DNA of 47,988 bases from an uncultured Candidatus Saccharibacteria bacterium (GTDB lineage: Bacteria; Patescibacteriota; Minisyncoccia; Phycocordibacterales; Phycocordibacteraceae). A model generated the notes under the pieces. The model worked only from the letters and a program-made list of their open reading frames with translations, made no database searches and was not told the origin of the DNA. The position numbers and the translations under genes are program-made. Of the stretch, positions 40,624 to 47,988 are shown in pieces (the first letter of the stretch is position 1; every line of letters starts with the position of its first letter). Location: assembly GCA_964404565.1 (NCBI GenBank), contig CAYOKK010000001.1, positions 5,674 to 53,661 on the forward strand. The letters are read 5' to 3'.

Positions 40624-41196
40624 TTACGATTTCAATAAAGCGCGTTCTTTCTTCTTCTTTCGCTCATCCCTGATGATGAGCACGGCAGATATGAGTATGG
40701 CACCGCCGAAGAGCGCTCCGTGAAGAATATGCTGCTGTATGAACGACGCGCGCGGCGCAGAGCTGCCCTCCTCAGCAACGCGAATGTCGTACGTGAGCTC
40801 GAATGCCGGGGCGCCGCCCTGCGGCGCCCCGGCCACCGTAAGCTGGTACACGCCTTTCTTAGGAAAGGCGTAGGAAAATGCGAGCGTATTCTCGGACGTC
40901 TCCTTGAGGTCTTCTTTAGGAATTGCATGAGCGACGTTACCCGACTGAGCGGAAACGGAGAGCGAGATGTCATAGTCAGAAAATTCGAACGCCTGCGCGT
41001 CGCTCTTGAACTCAAGATACCCTGAGGTCACGGGGCCGGCTAAGGGGTCATCGCTCGGAGAAAGATGCAGCACCGCACCTACAGTTCCGTCGATCTTCAG
41101 CGAGTGAGCCGTCGCCGAAATCGGCGCGGCGGCAAGAGCGAGCATGGCGATAGCAGGCACCATCCTGGCATAGCTGAGTCTTTTCATATAGTTCAT
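40624..41196 (-). CDS. Secreted, C-terminally anchored beta-rich protein, hypothetical (copper-module associated)
   Basis: The ATG at 41196 overlaps the stop of the upstream gene (ATGA). Signal peptide ...AAAPISATAHS and a C-terminal TM helix with a KKKKE tail. The longer track ORF start was rejected. Confidence 0.6.
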   Translation of the reverse strand: MNYMKRLSYARMVPAIAMLALAAAPISATAHSLKIDGTVGAVLHLSPSDDPLAGPVTSGYLEFKSDAQAFEFSDYDISLSVSAQSGNVAHAIPKEDLKETSENTLAFSYAFPKKGVYQLTVAGAPQGGAPAFELTYDIRVAEEGSSAPRASFIQQHILHGALFGGAILISAVLIIRDERKKKKERALLKS

Positions 41197-41918
41197 GTGT
41201 GCTGATGGCCTAGGTAATGCAGTAATACTAGTCCATAGCCGAGCATAAGTCCTGCAGCGGCCAGGATCGCGTTCCATCCCCACGCCGGCATGCGCGGGTA
41301 CGCCTCGGCCAGGTACCGCCTAATGGAGGCGGCGTGCAGTACCAGAAGCGCCAGCACTCCGGTCAGCGTGGCAAGATATGCGAGGCTGCCTGCATTCTCA
41401 TAGTGGTTTCCGATGAGAAGCAGGTGGATGAGCGTCGCGAGAATAGCCACATAGACGAAGCGGTGGAGCTTTTTCCATGCGGGTCCGAGGGCTTTCATCG
41501 CCCAGGTAAAGGAGGTGCCGGCAAGAAGCGCGAGGATGAGTAGCGCCAGAAACCCGCACAGCGCCGAGACGAGGTCGCCAGGTATGAGAAACGGAATGCC
41601 GGCAAATCCGTAGAGAAGATAGAAGAACGCGACGATCGTGTGCAGGAGCGCGAAATAGAAGGCTGATATGCCGAAGCCGCCGAGCGACCCGAAGTACAGG
41701 CTCTTGAGCGGCGCGCCCGGGAATACGCGGTACAACGGCCCGGCAAGCGCGGCGAGAAACAGGAACGCTATCGAAAGGAATCCGTACCATTCCTCGATCT
41801 TAATATGCAAGAGCGTACCTGAAGGGATGCTCTGCGTAAGTGCCAGGTAGATCGCCGCACTCGCAAGGAAGCTGAAAAGGAGTATTCCGCTCTTGAGGTA
41901 TAGCCGGGAACGGTGCAT
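41193..41918 (-). CDS. Ferric-reductase-like transmembrane domain protein (MsrQ/YedZ-like haem-binding membrane protein)
   Basis: Six TM helices with conserved His pairs (LLHTIVAFFY and KLHRFVYVAILATLIHLLL). Confidence 0.65.
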   Translation of the reverse strand: MHRSRLYLKSGILLFSFLASAAIYLALTQSIPSGTLLHIKIEEWYGFLSIAFLFLAALAGPLYRVFPGAPLKSLYFGSLGGFGISAFYFALLHTIVAFFYLLYGFAGIPFLIPGDLVSALCGFLALLILALLAGTSFTWAMKALGPAWKKLHRFVYVAILATLIHLLLIGNHYENAGSLAYLATLTGVLALLVLHAASIRRYLAEAYPRMPAWGWNAILAAAGLMLGYGLVLLHYLGHQHT

Positions 41919-41944
41919 ATATTCAGTATAGACCTTTTCATAAG

Positions 41945-41975
41945 AAAGCGCCCCGGCCGAAGGCCGGGGCGCTTT
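41945..41975. terminator. Intrinsic terminator
   Basis: AAAGCGCCCCGGCC-GAA-GGCCGGGGCGCTTT. Confidence 0.75.
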
Positions 41976-41992
41976 GCTAACAGGACTATGTC

Positions 41993-42856
41993 CTAGTCGT
42001 TCACGAAGTTGTAGATGTGCAGCGTCACGACGTTGTCCTGAGAATCCTCGTCGGTATCGAGCATGAGCGTCATATCGCCATCGCTGAATACGTCGTCTAC
42101 GTCCTCGTCGACAAGCGTGTCAGCGTCGTCGTTCTCCATGAGCGCGTCAGGAGTGAACTCGAGCGCGCCCGCGCGGACGTCGCCCGGCGTCTCGCTTTCC
42201 GTAACGGTCACGTTGCCGCCTGCGACTCCCTCGAAGGAGTACATAGAGGTCTCGAGGCAGGTACCGGCATCGATGTCGCCGTCGCCGTTCACGTCGAAGT
42301 CAACGTCCGTTTCGCAGAGCTTCATCGGCATGAACTCGGCATCAGAGATGGTCATCTCTTCGCCGTCATCGCCGGTGACCGTGAAATTGAAATCACGCGT
42401 CTCCGGGAAGTGGACCGTGCCGTCGACATAGCTGTCGCCATCGAGTACGACGGTCGGGCAGTTCAGCACCTTGTCATGGAAGTCGGTCGTGTCGTTATCG
42501 TCAGGACCGTCGAACGAATCGAACTCGTCGACCGTCTGCGTATCCTCGTCGCAGATGTGGTTCATGACGTTGATGGTGACGGTGTTGTCATCATCGGTAT
42601 TCATGTCATCAGTATCGTCAACGGTTCCGCCGCCTCCGAGGTCGTCCTCAAGGGAGCTGCCGTCAAGGAGAATCACGCCGCTATGGATGCCTATCGCAGG
42701 TGCGGTCGCGATAGCCTGCTGAGGAGAAGGAGCTTCAGTGCTGCGTACGTTGCCCGACGTATCTACGTAGGCATAGGTAGCGGCAAAGGCCCCCACCGGC
42801 AGCGCGATAAACAGTGCTGCTGCAGGAATAATTCTTTTAAGAGTATTAGTAGTCAT
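41993..42856 (-). CDS. Secreted hyper-acidic Asp-rich protein with a Ca-binding-loop-like DVNGDGDID motif, hypothetical
   Basis: Signal peptide MTTNTLKRIIPAAALFIALPVGAFA, with many DxD runs. The opposite-strand 284-aa ORF is an Arg/Val-rich shadow. Confidence 0.7.
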   Translation of the reverse strand: MTTNTLKRIIPAAALFIALPVGAFAATYAYVDTSGNVRSTEAPSPQQAIATAPAIGIHSGVILLDGSSLEDDLGGGGTVDDTDDMNTDDDNTVTINVMNHICDEDTQTVDEFDSFDGPDDNDTTDFHDKVLNCPTVVLDGDSYVDGTVHFPETRDFNFTVTGDDGEEMTISDAEFMPMKLCETDVDFDVNGDGDIDAGTCLETSMYSFEGVAGGNVTVTESETPGDVRAGALEFTPDALMENDDADTLVDEDVDDVFSDGDMTLMLDTDEDSQDNVVTLHIYNFVND

Positions 42857-42969
42857 GGGTTTCGTAAGTAGTTAGTTTTTCGGTATGTTCTCAATTCGAA
42901 CTCTAAAACACCTTATCGCAGGCTTTCTTAAGGTAGTATGAAGGACCGCCCTTGCGCATTCTCACTAGT

Positions 42970-42994
42970 AAAAAGCCGCCAGAGGCGGCTTTTT
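42970..42994. terminator. Intrinsic terminator
   Basis: AAAAAGCCGCC-AGA-GGCGGCTTTTT. Confidence 0.75.
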
Positions 42995-43077
42995 ACGTCA
43001 TTCTTGTTGGGAGGGTCCGAATTGAAATGAGGGTCTTGCGGCTTACTTATTAGGTTGCTACTTCTCGCCCCCATTGC

Positions 43078-44859
43078 TTACCACCATATCCCCGTAAGCC
43101 CTGTCGATCTTATCTGTGCACGCGTGATAGGACCGAAATATCCGACCGCAGGCAGTATGCCATGCGCCGCCTGATACTTGGCGAGCGCAGATTTCGTACG
43201 TGCGCCGAAGTACGTAGTCTCGCTGCCGGGAGCGCCCGCACCGGACAGGGCGAGTTGGTACCCATTTGCATTTAAGAGCTGCTGGAGTGCGAGCACGTCG
43301 GCGCCGGTCATACCGAGTTCAAGGTCGCGAACCGTCATCCTACTTGAAGCACTGGCAGTTACGTCCGAAGAAGTCTGGGAGTCGTCAAAAAGATGCGGCC
43401 ACTGTGCCTTAAGGGCATTCGCTGCCACTGTATTTCCCATATCCATCAGGTTCTTGACCCGAGACTGGATCGAGGAGCCGGAACGTGAACGAGAGTTCGG
43501 GCTGGAGTCCGCCGGATCAGAAATGATGGGGCAATCGCTCGTTGTAAACGACGCGTCGGGTTGCGTGCTTGTGCCGGCTATATTTACTGCATACGCCGCG
43601 TAATGGTAGGTCGTGTTGCACGAGAGGCCCGAGATCGATGCAGCGAAGGCTCCGGCACTGAAGTTGCCCGACTCGGTGGTAGTTGCGGTATAGGAAGTGG
43701 TCGTACCGTAGGCAAAACCTCGAACCGTGACCACAGCATTCCCGACGTCAGTGATTGTGCCGTTTCCAGTGGCGCTCGTAGAGGCGATAGCGCTGGCCGC
43801 ATCGGTTGTGACGACTGGCGGCGTGCTGAGTACGCCAGTCCATACATCAGCCGCCCTGACGACCCCGGCAACCTTCGCGCCGTCAGAGGATGAGGTTATG
43901 GAGTACCACCCGCGAGGGCCAGCGCTAGTCTGGGCTGCCCACGTCGCGCCTGAGTCAAAAGAGGCGTAGTTATAGTCTACGGTCGCCACAGCCGCAAGCC
44001 TGGTCCCATCGTCTGAGGAGGTTATGGAAATCCAGTTCTTGATGCCCGAATTCGTCTGCCCGGTCCAAGTAGCGCCAGAGTCGGCCGAGGTATAAATGAG
44101 TCCGTTATACACCACGGCCGCGAGCTTCGTACCATCAGAGGATGAGGTTATGGAGTACCAGTTGCGGGTACCTGCACTCGTCTGCTCGGTCCAGGTGGCA
44201 CCTGAATCGGTGGAGGTGTAAATGCCTCCGCCGCCTTGAATGACTGCCGCAAGATTGGTGCCATCGTCTGAGGAAGCTATGGAAATCCACGTCCCACTAC
44301 CGGACGCGGTCTGCTCGGTCCAGGTGGCACCGGAATCAGCAGATGTATAGATATACCCTCCGTTATCGACGGCGGCGAGCTTCGTGCCGTCGTCTGAGGA
44401 AGCAATGTCATACCACCCCCGGGTACCAGACGCGGTCTGCTCGGTCCAGGTGGCGCCGGAGTCGGTGGAGGTGTAGATATAGCCTCCGTTATCGACGGCG
44501 GCGAGCTTCGTGCCGTCGTCTGAAGATGTTATGGAGGTCCAGTTCCGGCTACCGGCGGTCGTTCGATCGGTCCAGGTAGCACCGGAATCGGCAGAGGTGT
44601 AGATATCGCCTCCGTATACGACAGCGGCGAGCTTCGTGCCGTCAGCGGAAGAGGTTATTGCGAACCATTCTCGACTGCCAGCACTCGTCTGATCGGTCCA
44701 GGTAATTGTTGCGGCAAGCGCAGATAAGGGAAGAACGGAGCTGATAAGCAAGAGCAATGCAGCTGAAAAGACTCTGAAGCTGTCGGCAGGGATTCGTCTC
44801 ATGTACATAGCATAAGTATAAACCATACCCGATAGTCCTAGAATAAATGGACTTAACAT
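43078..44859 (-). CDS. Secreted Asp-box (BNR) beta-propeller protein with Fn3-like and C-terminal peptidoglycan-binding domains
   Basis: About 7 repeats carry the SxDxGxTW Asp-box (SADSGATW/STDSGATW) and ITSSxDGTKLAAV. The C-terminus reads DVLALQQLLNANGY...YFGPITRAQI. The true start is probably at 44808 or 44802 (MYMRRIP..., signal peptide). Confidence 0.8.
   Translation of the reverse strand: MLSPFILGLSGMVYTYAMYMRRIPADSFRVFSAALLLLISSVLPLSALAATITWTDQTSAGSREWFAITSSADGTKLAAVVYGGDIYTSADSGATWTDRTTAGSRNWTSITSSDDGTKLAAVDNGGYIYTSTDSGATWTEQTASGTRGWYDIASSDDGTKLAAVDNGGYIYTSADSGATWTEQTASGSGTWISIASSDDGTNLAAVIQGGGGIYTSTDSGATWTEQTSAGTRNWYSITSSSDGTKLAAVVYNGLIYTSADSGATWTGQTNSGIKNWISITSSDDGTRLAAVATVDYNYASFDSGATWAAQTSAGPRGWYSITSSSDGAKVAGVVRAADVWTGVLSTPPVVTTDAASAIASTSATGNGTITDVGNAVVTVRGFAYGTTTSYTATTTESGNFSAGAFAASISGLSCNTTYHYAAYAVNIAGTSTQPDASFTTSDCPIISDPADSSPNSRSRSGSSIQSRVKNLMDMGNTVAANALKAQWPHLFDDSQTSSDVTASASSRMTVRDLELGMTGADVLALQQLLNANGYQLALSGAGAPGSETTYFGARTKSALAKYQAAHGILPAVGYFGPITRAQIRSTGLTGIWW
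43842..44706 (-). repeat. Coding tandem repeat, 126-bp period (one 129-bp unit), approximately 6.8 copies
   Basis: TCTGCTCGGTCCAGGTGGC recurs at 44181, 44310 and 44436. Central units are near-identical at the DNA level. Confidence 0.8.
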
Positions 44860-45051
44860 TCATGTGCTTTTTACGCTAACTCCTTGAACCGCATTGGAGT
44901 CTCGAATTGACTTATATGCAATGTTGTTGCAGTTCGTTTCCCCTCCCCCGTCTCAAAATCAGCCTCTCTGCTCTGTGACGACGACACGAAACTCCTCCGA
45001 ACACGAGAATCGGAATAGAACTGGATATACATTGGAAATGCTACATAACAG

Positions 45052-45082
45052 AAAAAGCCAGCGCTGTATTCGCTGGCTTTTT
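45052..45082. terminator. Bidirectional intrinsic terminator
   Basis: AAAAAGCCAGCG-CTGTATT-CGCTGGCTTTTT. Confidence 0.7.
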
Positions 45083-45308
45083 CTGATGAACACCCGGACC
45101 GATACCGTACCGATTTTTAGGGGGAACGGTACTGGTTCCTGGCGTCACAACCGTGTTGCGGGGGCACTAATTGAACTACTGATTCTGCGGCTTAAATACT
45201 TGGTTGCGTATTCCGGCCCGGGTTGCGGCGGATGCACGGCCGATTCGATTCCGGTCCTCCCTCTGCATAGAGTCCCGAGGTGCGACTTCCTAAGAGAACA
45301 GCTCGCCA

Positions 45309-45836
45309 TCAATCAGAATGGCGAGCTGAAAGTATATCGGACCATGAATGCACAACTTTCACATGATTCAATGCTCCTGTTTCCCTAAATACCTCAATCT
45401 CTTGCGGTTGAGGATGAAATAGGAATAAGTTGGGTGCCTTGCCCACAAAGTGGCTAAGCACCTCAAGGCGATCGTCTATTACGATAGTCGTGCCTTGATG
45501 GACCCCATTCTCCTGCTGGAGGTAAGGGGTTTTATCGCGGCCACTTCTTGATCGTATAACCCGTTTCCTTGAAATATTGGTGCGGTTGAAGAAGTCATGC
45601 GCCTCAAGCCAATTTGCTATTTTCTGTTCAGCAATATTCGTCGCATTATAGACAACGGTAATATTGCCAGTGAATTTAAGGCTTAACGCGCGCAAACTTT
45701 CAAACGCACCAGGCACCTCAGGTATCGAATTATAATCAATAGTGTGAAAGTTCTCTGGGGAGATGTTTGTGAGCCAATGGGCAATTATTACATTGCCCAG
45801 ATCCACAATTGCTCCCCCGTGACTGCGTTTTAGCAT
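45309..45836 (-). CDS. HAD-superfamily-like (NT5C/deoxynucleotidase-like) protein with a degenerate motif I
   Basis: AIVDLGNVII appears where DxDxT/V is expected (second Asp replaced by Gly), with a VIDD motif near the C-terminus. AT-rich codon usage unlike block 1. Confidence 0.5.
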   Translation of the reverse strand: MLKRSHGGAIVDLGNVIIAHWLTNISPENFHTIDYNSIPEVPGAFESLRALSLKFTGNITVVYNATNIAEQKIANWLEAHDFFNRTNISRKRVIRSRSGRDKTPYLQQENGVHQGTTIVIDDRLEVLSHFVGKAPNLFLFHPQPQEIEVFRETGALNHVKVVHSWSDILSARHSD

Positions 45837-45897
45837 CGTCTTACCTCCAGGGTGAGCTACCTAGACTGATTATCCCATATATACTAGTATTTGCAAT

Positions 45898-46929
45898 ATG
45901 CAAACATCGCCCGAGAATGTGGCGTTACCGATTTGTCTCGATATTACAGACGAAGGGATTGGGGTGGTGTTGGCTAAGATTCCGAAATTAAATCTCAGAG
46001 AACCTTTCCTCATCGACTCATTAAGTACTCGCTTTGGGGTGGCCGATGTCAGTAAGGAGATAGAGTCTGAACAAAATATATTGGTGAGACCTCTTCACTA
46101 TAACGTCAACGATGAGCGTATCATCGTACTTCCCCTTTATGATTTTATTGCGAAATATGTAGCCTTATCTACGCCTTCCCAAAGAACTAATTTCATATTT
46201 CACATGTCTCGTTGTGGTTCCACGTTAGCCACTCAGATGATTGCTGCAGTAGATCGGTTTTATATGATTTCCGAACCGAACATAGTAAATGACATACTAA
46301 ATCCGTCACTCATACTGCCTCAGGACATTTCAAGATGGGATTTATTAAGAGCAACTATAAATGCAATATATTTATTCAAACCGGAGCATTGCGACCGTCT
46401 CTTCATAAAGTTCCGCAGCTGGAATATTTTATTTCTTGCTGAGATATTAGCCGCCTTCCCGAATACCAACTGGATGTTCATCCACCGCAACGGAGCCGAG
46501 GTACTGGAATCAGTACTTCGAGACCCTCCTGGTTGGCTCCGCGGGCGGTATACAAATAAAGCATTTTTCTCAAAGATTCTTGGTGTACCTCAATCGGAAC
46601 TCCAACTGATGGGCGATAGTGAGTATTCGGCACGACTCCTTGGTGCCTTTTGCAGCCGAGCTGCGCTCCATAAGGACGAGAGAAGTGTTTATGTATCCTA
46701 TGAAGATATTCGAAATAATCTGCCGCGAATAATTGATAGATCATTCTCACTCAATATGAACGTTGTTGAAAAAGACGCGATGCTCGCGCGCGCCACGTTT
46801 TATTCAAAAGACGGCTCAAGAGACACTGTATTCACTGATGACAGCGCACGAAAGCGTGCTGCGATAAGTAAGTCAGATATGCTCAACGCGGAGAAGTTTG
46901 TTGAAAGCGCTAGGAAAAAGCTTCTATGA
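45898..46929 (+). CDS. Sulfotransferase-family-like P-loop protein with an approximately 95-aa N-terminal extension
   Basis: FIFHMSRCGSTLATQMI resembles the 5'-PSB loop (RSGST type), and FIHRNGAEVLESV resembles the 3'-PB region. AT-rich codons. Confidence 0.5.
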   Translation: MQTSPENVALPICLDITDEGIGVVLAKIPKLNLREPFLIDSLSTRFGVADVSKEIESEQNILVRPLHYNVNDERIIVLPLYDFIAKYVALSTPSQRTNFIFHMSRCGSTLATQMIAAVDRFYMISEPNIVNDILNPSLILPQDISRWDLLRATINAIYLFKPEHCDRLFIKFRSWNILFLAEILAAFPNTNWMFIHRNGAEVLESVLRDPPGWLRGRYTNKAFFSKILGVPQSELQLMGDSEYSARLLGAFCSRAALHKDERSVYVSYEDIRNNLPRIIDRSFSLNMNVVEKDAMLARATFYSKDGSRDTVFTDDSARKRAAISKSDMLNAEKFVESARKKLL

Positions 46930-47216
46930 AGCTTCGTATTCCAAATGATGAGTTCTACATCCGCCGATGCATTGAACTTGCAGCGGATGGTTCAAGGCTG
47001 GCTGATTTCCCGTTCGGATCTATATTGGTACACAAGAATTCCGTTATAAGCGAACGCCATAACGAGTCTCTTGAGAAGAATGCAGTATATATGCACGCCG
47101 AGATGCTCGTATTATCTGACGCTCAAAAGAAGCTCTCTCCTGATCAACTCAAAGAATCGGTCTTATATAGCTCAATTGAGCCATGCGCCATACTTTCTTC
47201 GATCGACACCCTGTAG
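46926..47216 (+). pseudogene. CMP/dCMP-type zinc deaminase (nucleoside/tRNA-adenosine/guanine deaminase-like), 3'-truncated
   Basis: The HAE zinc/catalytic motif (YMHAEM) is present. The second motif stops at EPCA and lacks the final Cys of PCxxC; the frame then reads ILSSIDTL-stop at the compositional junction. Confidence 0.6.
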
Positions 47217-47226
47217 GAGTTCGTGC

Positions 47227-47988
47227 ATGATTTGCCGGCCGACAATGCCGTTTCTTCGCGTTTCCCTGTGCGCCGGCCTGCTGCTGGCAGGTTTTTCGGC
47301 AGCGGTGCAGGCCGCCGATGAAAAGGCCTTTCGCTGGGTCGACGGTCCCGAATCGGGAATGACCGATCTTGTCTACGGCGAACAGCCGGTGCTGCGGTAT
47401 ATGCACGCCTACGACGCATCGAGCGATGAGCGGCTGCACGAAACTTATAAGGTCTACCATCATGTGTTCGGTCCCGGCAGCGACCAGATCATTACCAAGG
47501 GGCCGGGGGGGCAGTTTACGCACCATCGCGGGCTGTTTGTGGGATGGAACAAGACGAAGTTCGACGGCAAGGAACTCGACTTCTGGCACTGCAAGAACGG
47601 CGCGCACCTGAAGCACGTGGCGTTTAAGGAGAAGCGAGCCGACGCCAAGCAGGCTTCGATGACGGCCGAAATCCACTGGAACGATGCCGAGGGGAAGCCG
47701 GTGATTGTCGAAACCCGCACCGTCAGCGTCCGTAAGCTGCCGACCGACAAGGCGCCGGGCTACGGGTGGCAGATCGACTGGCAGACGACGCTCGAAAGCC
47801 GCCGGGGCGAAATCAAACTGGACGGCGACCGGCAGCATGCCGGTTTCCAGTACCGCGCGGCACAGCAAGTGGCCGAAAAGACCAATGCCCGGTACATTCG
47901 GCCGGCCGCTTTTCCGCAGCAGCCGGAGGCGATTCAGGTGGGGGACAAGGGGGACCCGCCGCCGCACATCAACCTGAACTGGTTTGCG
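47227..47988 (+). CDS. DUF6807 / PmoA-family-like secreted protein, 3'-partial (runs off the window)
   Basis: The open frame (254 codons with no stop) is absent from the track because it lacks a stop. GGAG lies 7 nt before the ATG. Signal peptide ...LLLAGFSAAVQA and GGQFTHHRGLFVGWNKT...DFWH. The 272-aa minus-strand ORF is its shadow. Confidence 0.7.
   Translation, partial: MICRPTMPFLRVSLCAGLLLAGFSAAVQAADEKAFRWVDGPESGMTDLVYGEQPVLRYMHAYDASSDERLHETYKVYHHVFGPGSDQIITKGPGGQFTHHRGLFVGWNKTKFDGKELDFWHCKNGAHLKHVAFKEKRADAKQASMTAEIHWNDAEGKPVIVETRTVSVRKLPTDKAPGYGWQIDWQTTLESRRGEIKLDGDRQHAGFQYRAAQQVAEKTNARYIRPAAFPQQPEAIQVGDKGDPPPHINLNWFA

Noticed and set aside
43842-44706. A tandem repeat, considered as a possible CRISPR or non-coding satellite.
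   Set aside because: The repeats are in frame, encode Asp-box propeller blades, and have no unique spacers. No cas genes are present anywhere in the window.
45119-45267. The idea that this segment is a tmRNA (ssrA) or an intact tRNA.
   Set aside because: - It is too short for tmRNA (about 150 nt).
- No resume codon or tag ORF ending in Ala-Ala-stop is present.
- No CCA or proper discriminator is present.
- The T-loop would be 9 nt.
- No D-arm or anticodon arm can be drawn.

It is reported only as a low-confidence relic or sRNA.

Overview
The window reads as three blocks. Composition was judged by eye only; I did not compute GC.

**Block 1 (about 1-44,860).** GC-rich, gene-dense and almost entirely transcribed on the minus strand. 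Short intergenic gaps, 4-nt start/stop overlaps and many clean hairpin terminators fit a small-genome uncultivated bacterium, possibly Patescibacteria/CPR-like (inference only). Contents:
- two tRNA genes at the left edge, one apparently interrupted
- GNAT acetyltransferases, an M16 peptidase and a cytoplasmic GAF histidine kinase
- an ornithine/lysine-decarboxylase-like enzyme and an EamA transporter
- an S9 peptidase bracketed by two tiny Gly/Asp/Cys-rich peptide genes that are absent from the ORF track, next to an ABC exporter
- two large secreted proteins that share an unusual Asn/Gly/Thr repeat module
- a KGG stress protein, a G1 (eqolisin) peptidase, a P-type ATPase and a CAP-domain protein
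- a Com-zinc-ribbon/PAS fusion
- a divergent isoprenoid-synthase-fold protein whose start overlaps the stop of an OmpR/HK pair
- a ROK kinase / PGI-PMI / GH63-like sugar operon
- a CFA-synthase-family methyltransferase and an atypical OmpR-type regulator
- YciE, two paralogous TIM-barrel glycosidase-like proteins and a histidine phosphatase
- peptidoglycan-binding low-complexity proteins, a YcnI/ferric-reductase-like copper module and an Asp-box beta-propeller protein

**Block 2 (about 44,860-47,190).** Visibly AT-richer. It carries a HAD-like protein, a sulfotransferase-like protein and a zinc deaminase that is cut off inside its PCxxC motif.

**Block 3 (about 47,200-47,988).** GC-rich again but with different codon choices. 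It starts a DUF6807/PmoA-like secreted protein that runs off the window.

The most interesting candidate for something undescribed is the S9-peptidase locus with its two promoter-to-terminator mini-genes. No CRISPR array, rRNA, transposase, integrase or recognisable defence system was seen. All functional calls come from motif recognition by eye, with no database search.
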